NCBI GenBank assembly: GCA_963850905.1
Contig: CAWKMU010000004.1
Coordinates: forward strand, 32,001 to 96,000
Length of the DNA stretch: 64,000 bases
Origin: an uncultured Gemmatimonadales bacterium
GTDB taxonomy: Bacteria > Gemmatimonadota > Gemmatimonadetes > Gemmatimonadales > Gemmatimonadaceae
Reading direction: 5' to 3'
Shown here: piece after piece, positions 1 through 9,279 of the stretch
How positions within the stretch are numbered: the first letter of the stretch is position 1
Layout: each line of letters opens with the position of its first letter
Translations under genes and position numbers: made by a program
The notes under the pieces: generated by a model
Seen by the model: the letters and a program-made list of their open reading frames with translations, nothing else
Databases searched by the model: none
Told to the model about the DNA's origin: nothing

Positions 1-735
1 AAGAGCGGGGTGGTTGGTTGCGCACGCTGCGGCGCCGCGCGGAGTGCGTTGGGCAGTCGCGGCGCACCCTCTTGCCGGCCTTGTCGAACGCGTCACCAAT
101 TCTTCATCCGGTTGTGGCGTGGCATCGACGGCACGCCTGGAAGTGCGGCGGCTAGAGGCGCGGTGGGGTGCGCGCCTGGTGTGCGGAGTGCAGCCATGCA
201 TGGCACCGGCCGGTGGCTGCGTGGGCGTGGCGGGCGCGCCCGGTGTACATGTGGCGTTGCCGACTGGCCGATTTGCACGCGTCGCCATGAGGCTAGCCGG
301 CGGCACGCCCATTGCTGCCGCCTGCGCCATCTACGCGTACTGCTCGCCGTCCTGCGCCGTCGCGAATCGGCCGAGTTGTGGCAGGAACTCACCCGTCATC
401 GGTGCGCCTTATGGACCGCGCCCATCTAGCGAATGAGCCGGCGCTATTCACGGCGTCGGTGCGCGTCATGCGCCAGAGATCGGGCGGCAGTGCACCGCTG
501 GTCGCGTTCGCGACGCCCACATTGGGACTCAGTGGTCCTTTATGGGCGCTACGTGCAGCCGCGCCCGCGCCTTGCGAGGTGTCTGCGCCGCTCGTGGCCG
601 CATTGGGCGGCAGCGAGGTGTCCTGGCTCGACACCGACGGCGGGGTAGCGCTCGAGGCTACGCGTGAGGTGTGGTCTTTCCCCGGTTTCGTAGACACCTC
701 AGTGAGCCCGATTATGTTCGGGCGGGAGGTGTCTC

Positions 736-1038
736 ATGGGACGAAGGCGACGGTCATTCACGGCGGAGTTCAAACTCGAGGCCGTGCGATTGGCGAACGA
801 GTCGGGGCGGCCGCCGGGTGAGATTGCGCGAGATCTGGGCATTCGACCGGACATCCTGCGGCGCTGGCGCGCGCAGCTGGGCGAGTCAGTCCGACGGCCC
901 GGTGTGGTGGCCACGAGTGGGAAGCTGCTGACGCCGGAGGAGGAGATTCGCCGACTCCAACGTGAGAATGCGCTCCTGCGCGAGGAGCGCGAAATCCTAA
1001 AAAAAGCGACGGCCTTCTTCGCCAAGGATGCACGATGA
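736..1038 (+). CDS. IS3-family transposase OrfA (HTH)
   Basis: RRSFTAEFKLEAVRL...EREILKKATAFFAK; A7G slippery motif at 999-1006 with orfB open in the -1 frame. Confidence 0.95.
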   Translation: MGRRRRSFTAEFKLEAVRLANESGRPPGEIARDLGIRPDILRRWRAQLGESVRRPGVVATSGKLLTPEEEIRRLQRENALLREEREILKKATAFFAKDAR

Positions 1039-1631
1039 GGTTCGTGTTCATCCAAGCGCACGCCCGCATCTATCACATCACGACAATGTGCCGGGTGCTC
1101 CAGGTGTCGAGGGCCGGTTACTACGCCTGGCGTGCGCGGCCGCTCTGTGAGCGCGTGAAAGACGACGTCGTCCTGCGGGAGCGGATTCGGCAGATCCACA
1201 AACAAGTCAAGGGCCGCTATGGCAGTCCACGCGTGCGGATGGAACTCCGGGCGCTCGGGATCCGGTGTGCGAAGAAGCGGGTCGCGCGCCTGATGCGGGT
1301 GGAAGGGCTGCGAGCCAAGAGTGCTCGGCGCTATCGGGTGACAACCAACTCGGATCATGCCCAGCCGGTCGCGAGGAATGTGCTCGATCGGCAATTCTCG
1401 CTCACGAGCAATCCCGAGCCTGATCGGGTGTGGGCGGCTGATCTCACGTACATCCCGACACGGGAAGGCTGGCTCTATCTCGCGGTCATTCTCGACTTGG
1501 CCACGCGCCGGGTCGTCGGCTGGGCGCTGCGCGCGCGGCTCGATCAGGAGCTCGCGCTCAGTGCGCTCCGGATGGCGCTCACGCATCGGGGCGCCCGTGG
1601 CGGTCTGCATCATTCGGATCGCGGAGTGCAA

Positions 1632-3100
1632 CCCAGAGTCAATCGGTCGTCGCAACGGTTTGTGTGTGTGAGAGTAACAGCTCGTTCAGCGCTTCGGCAG
1701 GCGTTCTCCAGCCGAGCGTCTTGCGCGGTCGCGTGTTCAGCGTGAGCGCGACCGCAGCCACATCAGGGGCGTTGTGCGCGCTCAGATCCGTGCCCTTTGG
1801 GAAGTACTGCCGCAATAGTCCGTTCGTATTCTCGTTCGTCCCCCGCTGCCAGGGACTCTGCGGATCGCAGAAGTAGACCGCGAGCCCCGTATCAACGCGT
1901 AGTTGTGCGTGCTGTGCCATCTCTGCCCCTTGATCCCACGTCAGCGACCGCCGCAGTTGGGCGGGTAGTGTCTGGATCGCGCGCGTGATCGCATCACGCA
2001 CCGCCGGAGCACCGTGCCCGGCGAGCGCGGGCCCGTTCTTTGTGTCGGTCGTGCGCGCGCCAGCCGCGTGGCCCCGCATGCGCGGGAGGTGGAGCAGTAG
2101 CGTGAAGCGTGTAGTGCGCTCGACCAACGTGCCGATGGCGGAGCTGTCGAGGCCTAGGATCAGATCGCCCTCCCAGTGCCCCGGCACCGCGCGGTCGTCC
2201 GCCTCGGCTGGTCGAGCGCTGATCAGCAGGTCGGACGTGACAAAGCCTCTGCCCGCGGCCCGTGTGCGGGCACGCGGCACGCGCAACGCCCGGCCCGTGC
2301 GTAAGCAGGCGGTCAGCTCGCGACGGAGCGCGCCGCGGCCCTGGACGTAGAGTGCCTGGTAGATCGCTTCGTGGCTGATGCGCATGGTGGGATCCTCCGG
2401 GAAGTCGACGGGGAGCCGATGCGCGATCTGCGCCGGACTCCACGCGCGACCCCATCGCCGGTGCTGCCGACGCCCGTGCCTGCGGCCCCTCCACGGCACC
2501 GCCGGCCCGCGCGCCGCCGCGCCGTCCGGCGCCGTGATCACACCCGCGAGGCGGTCCTGCACATACTGCCGGAGCCGCGCGTCTGTCGCCAGCTTCGCCG
2601 GCTTCGGGCGGCGGCCCGCCCGGTCGGCGTGCCACTGCGCCGTGGTCGCACGGTAGTCGAGCGCGCCACCACGGGTCGCCGCATTCCGGCGCAGCTCGCG
2701 CGAGATGCTCGAGGGCGCGCGCCCAAGCTGGCGGGCAATCTCGCGGACGCCGTAGTGGTGGGCGTGGAGGAGCGCCAGCTGCTCGCGCTCGGCGAAGGAT
2801 AGATAGCGCCCCGACAGCGGCGACGCGGATGGGGCGAGATGTGACGGCGGCATGCCTCCAGCTTGTCGGAACCAGCGTGCCCCGACCACCCACGAGACTC
2901 GCGCATCGGCAACCGCGGTCTCGGAGTAGCAGCCGCGGGCGATAGCGCCCCAGAACCGCTGCCGGTCCTCACGCCGCCCGACCGGCGGGCGGCCCAGTGA
3001 ATGCAGCTTGCCACGTCCAGACCGATCCGAGCGCCGTCGCCTCGGTGCTGTCATCGCAACCTCCTCGGTGAGAGTGTTGCGACGACCAATTGAATCCACC
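1632..3100 (-). mobile_element. IS30-family insertion sequence, copy 1 (1469 bp)
   Basis: Subterminal IRs GA(G/T)TCAAT(C/T)GGTCGTCGCAAC; target duplication CAA (1629-1631 and 3101-3103); same ends as the copy at 10712-12180. Confidence 0.95.
1639..3054 (-). CDS. IS30-family transposase
   Basis: HTH (GRAPSSISRELRRN), GHWEGDLI, TWDQGAEM, PWQRGTNENTNGLLRQYFPKG; ATG at 3054 preceded by GAGGAGG. Confidence 0.95.
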   Translation of the reverse strand: MTAPRRRRSDRSGRGKLHSLGRPPVGRREDRQRFWGAIARGCYSETAVADARVSWVVGARWFRQAGGMPPSHLAPSASPLSGRYLSFAEREQLALLHAHHYGVREIARQLGRAPSSISRELRRNAATRGGALDYRATTAQWHADRAGRRPKPAKLATDARLRQYVQDRLAGVITAPDGAAARGPAVPWRGRRHGRRQHRRWGRAWSPAQIAHRLPVDFPEDPTMRISHEAIYQALYVQGRGALRRELTACLRTGRALRVPRARTRAAGRGFVTSDLLISARPAEADDRAVPGHWEGDLILGLDSSAIGTLVERTTRFTLLLHLPRMRGHAAGARTTDTKNGPALAGHGAPAVRDAITRAIQTLPAQLRRSLTWDQGAEMAQHAQLRVDTGLAVYFCDPQSPWQRGTNENTNGLLRQYFPKGTDLSAHNAPDVAAVALTLNTRPRKTLGWRTPAEALNELLLSHTQTVATTD

Positions 3101-3530
3101 CAATATGCCAGTTTTGCGTATCAGCGCCTGCTCCAGCAAGCTGGGTTCGCCTGCAGTATGAGTCGCGTCGGCGATTGCTGGGATAACGCCGTGGTGGAGA
3201 GCTTCTTCGCCACACTCACGAAGGAGCTGCTAGTCGACGGCCTGTTCGCCACGCGGGCTGAGGCGAGTCGCGTCCTGTTCGAATTCATCGAGATCTGGTA
3301 CAATCGTCAGCGTCGGCATTCCTCGTTGGGCTACCGCACGCCGGCCGAGTTCGAGGAGCAGTTGCAGCAAGTCAGCTAACTCACGTGTCTACGAAATCGG
3401 GGCAACTCCAGTGTGCGTAGAGCGCATAATTGCCAATCTATCCTGCTCAACAACAATGCGGTGCCTGACCGCCTCTTCTAACCGATCTCGCTCAATAAGG
3501 CAACGGTTTGCCGAAGACGCCGCGCCTACC

Positions 3531-4160
3531 TCAATTCCTCCGCCGGAGACGCTCGGCATCTAGCTGGGTGGCCTCAAGAAGCCAGGGACGCAATGTCGGG
3601 TCTCGCTGAAGACGCTTACGCGCGCGCCTCAGCTGCGAGCGGACAAGCGCCGAGCTTCGTCCAACGCGGCGAGCAAAATCCCGAACGCGCTCTCCGTCCG
3701 CGATAACGCTCAGGGCGACCTCCTGGAACGATGGCGCGAGCCGCGCACACGCTCGGCGCACGGCAGCGTCGAGCTCCTCTGCGTCAAGGCGTTCACTCGA
3801 GTTGCTCGCCACTGCGAGATTGGGCACGGCGCGAAGCGGTACCCAACGGTCGGACAACGCACTTCCGGGTCGACGGGCGTGACGGCGGGCATCGTACAGG
3901 CGGCTCATCGTTGCCGCCCTGAAGTACGACCCACAGGTCGCGACGTCGATGGCCAGCAGATTTGCATTCACCGCAATGACAATCTCCTGGACGCAGTCCT
4001 CCGCCCGCGGCGCTGACATGTGTCGACGGAGGTATTGCATTGCCACTGCTCGCAATTGCGTCAACAGTTCGGACACAGCCTGATCCCGGCGCGGGCCTCC
4101 ATACACGCGTTGCGCCGTGTCGAGATAGGGAGCGAGCTCGGCAAACGAGCGAGGTGACAT
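3531..4160 (-). CDS. ECF-type sigma-70 factor (divergent)
   Basis: Region 2-like AEDCVQEIVIAV; region 4-like ERVRDFARRVGRSSALVRSQLRRARKRL; 209 aa. Confidence 0.75.
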   Translation of the reverse strand: MSPRSFAELAPYLDTAQRVYGGPRRDQAVSELLTQLRAVAMQYLRRHMSAPRAEDCVQEIVIAVNANLLAIDVATCGSYFRAATMSRLYDARRHARRPGSALSDRWVPLRAVPNLAVASNSSERLDAEELDAAVRRACARLAPSFQEVALSVIADGERVRDFARRVGRSSALVRSQLRRARKRLQRDPTLRPWLLEATQLDAERLRRRN

Positions 4161-4309
4161 TTGACGACCCCCAAAGCGGCGTTGTTGAGAGAACGGCCTC
4201 TCTAGAGAGAATTCTCCCCTCGTGGCGAAAACGTGACATCACACTCGCCGCGACCCGCTTTGCACCTCGAACAGAGACCAATTTCGTCCGGCGTGACTAA
4301 CCGACGGCG

Positions 4310-6112
4310 TCAGCGCTCTACGTCGGGCCTTCCGAGCGCGATCTCACGGACCGCCCGACGCACGCTGTGCATCAGCATTCGCTCTGGTGCGCTAAGCACA
4401 GCACGAAGCGCCGCGACCTCGACTGCTCGGAGTTGAGAGACCATGCCGCGAAGTGTGCTCAGGGTCGGCCCTCGGTTCGAGAATTCCCGATGGCGGGCAC
4501 GCGCAACGGCTGCCGCCCGCTCCGCTTGCTCAACGACTGCCTTCGCCACGTCACGTTCGCTCGCGAGGCAATTGGCTCCCCGGACGTAGGCCTCTCCCGA
4601 CACCACCGCTGCGGAGCGGGCTGTCTCCGATCTCGCGCTCGCGGCCACGGTTCGCTCGAGCGGCCCCAGTTGCTCGGGATCCAGATCGAGCACACGCCAA
4701 GCGTGCGGGCCACCTCGGGCAGCCCGAATGGCGTGAAAGCGATCTAGCGCTCGATCGGGATCGGAGTACACCGTCTCCAAACCCCGACGGAACTCTTGAG
4801 CGAGCACTGACTCACCGCGAACCTGCGGCTCTCCGAGCGTAATCGGCAGCGCTTCGCCTTCCAGTCGTTCGCGTTGGGAATGGAGCGATCGCGTCTCAAG
4901 AGCTCGCTCCGCGTCAATGGCGCGGCTCCCGGCTTCGACGATCGCGCTAGCGACATTGCGTGTGGTCGTCTGCGCGGCTGGAAACACTACCGACCCCAAC
5001 GATCGCCAGCCACGTTGCTCCGTCACCGGCTCCAGTGCCGCCCTGAGCGCCTCGCGCGCCGCTGAAGGAGACGAGTGCGTCGAGATCCGCGTGAACGCTG
5101 CGCGGACCTTTTCCGTATCCGTAACGTCCGGCCACACCTGGCGCAGCGCGCGATCAAAGTCTTGCCACGCGCCGTCGGCTCGCGTGAGGGCCGCGTCCAG
5201 AACGTTGAACCGATGCCGGGCGCCAGCCAGTATGGTCTCCGCCTCCGCCGCTGCACGATCGGCCGCTAGTGCCTGACCATGCTTCGTCACCGCATCACGC
5301 ACTTCCATGATGCGCTCATGATCTGGTGTCGGAGCCCGTGGGACGGGCTCGCCAAATCGTTTGGCAAGCGCTGGCCCCGAGCAGTCAGGTGCCACCTGCG
5401 ACGCGCGCACGTGCCGCTCGCCGTCTGTCACGACTGCACCCCGCTCGCGCGCTTCAACCCACAGCCCGGCCACGTCGAGCCGCTTCGCGAGATCGGCCCA
5501 CGACGTCGCGCGCCGCCAATCGGAGAGCCGCTCACGCGCGCGCTCAAGAAGGGACAGGTCCGGACGCGGTAGAGTGTCGCTGAGCCTGAGCGACGCTGTG
5601 AGTTCCGCCTCGATCGCCGGGGATCGACCGACCGCGGGCGTAAGCCGTCCTGGAATTACACGAAGTCCGAGATTCCGCTCTTCTTCACGCAACACCCGCT
5701 GCGTCACCACCATGTCATGCCACCGGTCCCAGGCCCGGAGCGTGTCAGGATGCACCCGGTTGACCATCACATGGATGTGCGCGTGCGAGCGATCCTTGTG
5801 CGCGACCAGCAAGGCCTGGTGTTCCGACAGCTTATGAGCCGCGAGGACCCGATCCACAATCCGTTCCATGTCTGACCGCGAAACGGCGTCCCTCCGGTCA
5901 AAGGAGAGCACGAAGTGATACACGGGGTGCTGCACTCGACGATTCTGAGCGGCCGTCTCGCGCATGATTTTCCCAGCCAACTCGATATCTTCGGTCGGGA
6001 GATTGCGCTCCGCGCTCCAGTCGACGCGACCGAGCTCTTCTCCGGACCGGCCGAGACGAAGATAGGCCGCCAATCCGCGGAAGCTCGCTCCGCTACTCGA
6101 CACTGAAATCAC
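4310..6112 (-). CDS. Relaxase/mobilization nuclease (MOBP-type HUH)
   Basis: SFRGLAAYL (catalytic Tyr region), PVYHFVLSF, AHKDRSHAHIHVMVNRV (3-His motif). Confidence 0.9.
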   Translation of the reverse strand: MISVSSSGASFRGLAAYLRLGRSGEELGRVDWSAERNLPTEDIELAGKIMRETAAQNRRVQHPVYHFVLSFDRRDAVSRSDMERIVDRVLAAHKLSEHQALLVAHKDRSHAHIHVMVNRVHPDTLRAWDRWHDMVVTQRVLREEERNLGLRVIPGRLTPAVGRSPAIEAELTASLRLSDTLPRPDLSLLERARERLSDWRRATSWADLAKRLDVAGLWVEARERGAVVTDGERHVRASQVAPDCSGPALAKRFGEPVPRAPTPDHERIMEVRDAVTKHGQALAADRAAAEAETILAGARHRFNVLDAALTRADGAWQDFDRALRQVWPDVTDTEKVRAAFTRISTHSSPSAAREALRAALEPVTEQRGWRSLGSVVFPAAQTTTRNVASAIVEAGSRAIDAERALETRSLHSQRERLEGEALPITLGEPQVRGESVLAQEFRRGLETVYSDPDRALDRFHAIRAARGGPHAWRVLDLDPEQLGPLERTVAASARSETARSAAVVSGEAYVRGANCLASERDVAKAVVEQAERAAAVARARHREFSNRGPTLSTLRGMVSQLRAVEVAALRAVLSAPERMLMHSVRRAVREIALGRPDVER

Positions 6113-6142
6113 ACGCGGTCCGGTCTTCGGATTCGAGCCCGA

Positions 6143-6460
6143 TTACAGGCGAGCAATCGCGTCCAGCGTCGCCTGATAGACCGCGGTGAGAAGGACGACC
6201 TGGTTGTCGTCGCCCTTTGGCGTCATCGATCGCAACAGTCGTCGAAGATCGGTCGCGATGCGCCCGAGCTCGTACACCGCCCAGGCCTGGTGGGCGCGCC
6301 GGCGACCGTGAGGTGTCGCTCGGAGCGCCGCTCGCCGCACGTATTCCGAAACCGAGATGCCGCATTCGGAGGCGTACGCAGCAATGCGCGCCCACTCCTC
6401 CGGGCGCCAGCGATGGTCTGTGCGCCGTGTGCGGCGCGCGGGTCGTGTGGCGTTTGGCAA
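6143..6460 (-). CDS. mobC: MobC-like relaxosome accessory protein (ribbon-helix-helix)
   Basis: EEWARIAAYASECGISVSEYVRRAAL...ELGRIATDLRRL, directly upstream of the relaxase; TTG start at 6460 is inferred. Confidence 0.8.
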   Translation of the reverse strand: MPNATRPARRTRRTDHRWRPEEWARIAAYASECGISVSEYVRRAALRATPHGRRRAHQAWAVYELGRIATDLRRLLRSMTPKGDDNQVVLLTAVYQATLDAIARL

Positions 6461-6544
6461 CGGGGTCTCTCGATTGATCGTTGTGCTCGAGACCTGAGAC
6501 GACGTCTTCGTCACCCCACGACCAGCATCGAACAGGCCAACAAC

Positions 6545-6569
6545 AAGGGATCTCGTGAGCGAGCCCCTT
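6545..6569. promoter_or_regulatory. Candidate oriT hairpin
   Basis: Imperfect IR AAGGGATCTCG-TGAG-CGAGCCCCTT in the divergent gap upstream of mobC, the usual oriT position. Confidence 0.35.
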
Positions 6570-6694
6570 CTACTACATACGATGGAATCGTGCAAAGCGT
6601 GCCTGATGTCACGGAAAGCGGTAGAGGAGAGACTCCTGAGATAGACGCTGAAAAGCACTCGACCTTTGACACTCTCCCACCGGCGCCTGGGCAC

Positions 6695-8017
6695 ATGAGC
6701 GAGTCCGACAGGGCAGATCTTCTCCATCCACCACGCTCTCCTCCGACGGCGGTAGCATTTGGCGAGCATGTCCGCAGTCCGCACGACCCCGTGGCGGTCA
6801 TGTCAACGACGGCCGACGCCCTCTATCAGTTCTTCGAACCGATGGAATTCACGCTGGTGGCAATGCTCCGCATCCTCTACGCGCAATCGTGCAGGAAAGG
6901 CCGCATCGTGCCACCCGTCCCACCTGGCGAGGAAGTCACGCTGGACGTCAAGGATGACGAGCTCGCCGCCCGCCTACACTGCTCGCTCAATGCGATCAGC
7001 GCGATGCGTCGGTCGATCCAGCACGGCGTCTCGCCAGTCGCCGTACTCGTGCGCAGCGTCACTCCGGTGACACGCCAGTACGGATCCCTCACCGCGGTCC
7101 ATTGCTGGCGCTGGGTCTTCTACGACGTGGACCCCGAACTCACGCCTCAACTCGTGGAGCACGCCCATATGTTGGCGCTGGCACGAGCGACTCGACTCCG
7201 AGGCAGGGGTCGGCGTGTGACGATTGGCATAACTCTCGAAGGACGCCGCGCGGAGCTCGTGCGACAGCGCTCGGCGAAACACGCACCGAAAGAGCGGGGC
7301 GCCGAGCAGGACACCAGGACCCGGGATGCGGGCGGACCGTCGGCCGTCCACCACCGTCGCGCGTACCCGGACCGCCCGGGCGCCGTCCCGCCGTCCGCGG
7401 CACCACCATCAGGTGCCGTCACGGGCGCACGATCAGGTGCCGCCGCGTCGCCAGGACCAGGTGCCGCTCGGGCTCCTGTTCTCGAAGCCCGATCCCCAAC
7501 TACGAACCACATGTACGTCACAAGCTGTGGAATACAAGAGCATGTAAAAGAACATGTAGTTCGAGCCGCACGAGCCACGCGTGCCCCCCGTGCACACCCG
7601 AGAGCAACCCGCGGCGGCGTGCGACGAACCGAGGCTGCCGGACGATACGGCGACTATCGGCGGGTCCTCATGGCGAACGCCGGAGCGAGTCGTGCCGACC
7701 TCGCCGATTTTGAGGGCTTCCTCGAACGCTACGTTCAAGCGCTTCGGCCAGGGAAGGGTCAGTTAGCGTGGCCACAATACCGGGGATTTTTTCGCCATTG
7801 GAAAAAGCTCGGGGACGCGCGAGCAACGGGCATCGCAGCGACTGTGCTTGAGCGCGTCCGCGAAGGAAGCGTGCGGTCGCCAGACGCCTATTTGATGGCC
7901 GAGCTGCAACGCTGCGCTGCGCTCGCGGTTGGGAGGGCGGATTCGTCCGCGCATTGGATGGCGCGTGAGCTCACTGCGCGCCCGCACCCGTCGGCAGCGA
8001 GGGACGAGGCGCCATGA
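6695..8017 (+). CDS. Putative replication initiator (N-terminal HTH, low-complexity linker, C-terminal helical domain)
   Basis: DDELAARLHCSLNAISAMRR HTH; C-terminal VRSPDAYLMAEL resembles initiator C-termini; internal direct repeats followed by an AT-rich patch; start uncertain (ORF open from 6290). Confidence 0.5.
   Translation: MSESDRADLLHPPRSPPTAVAFGEHVRSPHDPVAVMSTTADALYQFFEPMEFTLVAMLRILYAQSCRKGRIVPPVPPGEEVTLDVKDDELAARLHCSLNAISAMRRSIQHGVSPVAVLVRSVTPVTRQYGSLTAVHCWRWVFYDVDPELTPQLVEHAHMLALARATRLRGRGRRVTIGITLEGRRAELVRQRSAKHAPKERGAEQDTRTRDAGGPSAVHHRRAYPDRPGAVPPSAAPPSGAVTGARSGAAASPGPGAARAPVLEARSPTTNHMYVTSCGIQEHVKEHVVRAARATRAPRAHPRATRGGVRRTEAAGRYGDYRRVLMANAGASRADLADFEGFLERYVQALRPGKGQLAWPQYRGFFRHWKKLGDARATGIAATVLERVREGSVRSPDAYLMAELQRCAALAVGRADSSAHWMARELTARPHPSAARDEAP
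7410..7466 (+). repeat. Iteron-like direct repeats CAGGTGCCG x3, 24-bp period
   Basis: Copies at 7410, 7434 and 7458; AT-rich stretch at about 7529-7561. Confidence 0.6.
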
Positions 8018-8289
8018 CGAATCGAAGATCCGCCAGTTCTTCTCGCGCCCGACACGCACCCGCGCCCACGATTCCCGTGTATGTGTGCCGTATCCTGGAC
8101 GCCGCGCGGCAGGGGTTTGCCCGGCGCGGAAAGGTGACCGCCGTTGAAGTCTGGCACGATGCGTACTGCAAGCTCCTACACGGGCGCGGCCCGTGCAATT
8201 GCGATCCCGACATTGTGTTCGCCTACAACGACGGGCGGCGCGCTGATGCCCCACCAATGAAAGCGGCCAACAATGGGGCGCCAGCATGA
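8014..8289 (+). CDS. Small Cys/His-motif hypothetical protein
   Basis: ATGA overlap with the Rep-like gene; motif WHDAYC...GPCNCDPDI. Confidence 0.6.
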   Translation: MTNRRSASSSRARHAPAPTIPVYVCRILDAARQGFARRGKVTAVEVWHDAYCKLLHGRGPCNCDPDIVFAYNDGRRADAPPMKAANNGAPA

Positions 8290-8648
8290 ACCCGGTCGCG
8301 TTCAGCATCGCGAAGCGAGCCGCGTCGTCTGTCTCCATTTGCTACTACGAGAAGGAAGGACTGGGCGGCGTGCCGCCCGCCTGGCTGGAGTGCACCGAGC
8401 CCCTTTGCCCATTCGGTGACACGGGGACAGCGGACGCAAAGGGTCGCTCGGGCCAAGTGGCTCTGGCGCTCCCTTCCAGGGTATCGAGACCAGCCGAGCG
8501 CAATCCTTTAGCTAGTACGCCCTTCCACGCAAGCGGAGCAGAAGTTAGCGTGGCGACCCCGGCCAGATCGACGAACGAGACAAATCTCCCGTCCGGAGTG
8601 GTAGGGCTTCTGGCGTCGATGGCTCGAGCTGAAGTCGCGCCACATTGA
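8286..8648 (+). CDS. Hypothetical protein
   Basis: ATGA overlap with the previous ORF; no recognisable motif. Confidence 0.3.
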   Translation: MNPVAFSIAKRAASSVSICYYEKEGLGGVPPAWLECTEPLCPFGDTGTADAKGRSGQVALALPSRVSRPAERNPLASTPFHASGAEVSVATPARSTNETNLPSGVVGLLASMARAEVAPH

Positions 8649-8756
8649 TGCGGGTGCGGGGCGCTTCGCCGACATCCTGGCGACGGAGATAGTCGTGGGG
8701 CGACGGGCAGTGAGTAGAGATCTGGCTCACTAGGAGGCCGCCTGAGCTCGACAGCG

Positions 8757-9266
8757 TTGGCTCCTTTCACGCTAGCCCAGCTACCAGGCGTTTGGCTCGA
8801 GCGCGCTGATCTACTCGAGCGACACGGTGCCGCACCGCACGCCACTGCGTTGCGCGTCGCGGTCGCTGAGCTCGAGCAAGCGCTGACGAACCGCGCTGGG
8901 TCCATTGGCCGGACTGAGCAGCCGACGCACTCGTCGACGGTACCACCGGAAATCACATGGCGCGAGCGTTTGTGGCTCGTACCCGATGAGACACGTCTGG
9001 GCGTGCGTGAGGTCGCGGAGGCGATGGGTCGATCAACGCACTATGTCCATTGCCACACCGCGGCGGGTGGGGATGGCTTCCGTCTTCCACACCGAAAGGT
9101 CGACGGGCGCCTCGTATTCACGGCGGGCAGCGTACGCAACTGGATCCAGCAATCGGAGTGTGTTATCTCCTCTGGCGTTCCCCTGCCCCTTCGGCTGAGC
9201 GGCACGCCGGTCCGTCGCACGCGGATGCACTCTGCTCGTGGGGGTTCCATTACCACCGGAGCCTAG
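8757..9266 (+). CDS. Excisionase-like HTH DNA-binding protein
   Basis: LGVREVAEAMGRSTHYV...LPHRKVDGRLVFTAGSVRNWI; immediately upstream of the integrase. Confidence 0.7.
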   Translation: MAPFTLAQLPGVWLERADLLERHGAAPHATALRVAVAELEQALTNRAGSIGRTEQPTHSSTVPPEITWRERLWLVPDETRLGVREVAEAMGRSTHYVHCHTAAGGDGFRLPHRKVDGRLVFTAGSVRNWIQQSECVISSGVPLPLRLSGTPVRRTRMHSARGGSITTGA

Positions 9267-9279
9267 AAGGAGATCCCCA

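Larger units (their letters stand above)
1035..3379 (+). pseudogene. IS3-family transposase OrfB (DDE), split by IS30 into 1035-1631 and 3104-3379
   Basis: VWAADLTY...HHSDRGVQ then YASFAY...GDCWDNAVVESFF...WYNRQRRHSSLGY; removing 1632-3103 restores HSDRGVQYAS in frame. Confidence 0.95.
672..3410 (+). mobile_element. IS3-family insertion sequence, interrupted by a nested IS30 element
   Basis: 26-bp imperfect terminal IRs (TGGTCTTTCCCCGGTTTCGTAGACAC at 672; reverse complement of the end at 3410 is TGGAGTTGCCCCGATTTCGTAGACAC), TG...CA ends, 3-bp target duplication GTG (669-671 and 3411-3413), orfA/orfB layout. Confidence 0.95.

Noticed and set aside
1..671. Several overlapping ORFs at the left edge
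   Set aside because: No recognisable motifs; long ORFs arise by chance in GC-rich DNA, so none was called
1035..1745. 236-aa ORF as an intact transposase
   Set aside because: Its tail is read-through into IS30; the real C-terminus is at 3104-3379
3439..3446. TATCCTGC matching the RP4-type nic consensus
   Set aside because: An 8-bp match with no adjacent inverted repeat, about 3 kb from mobC; likely chance
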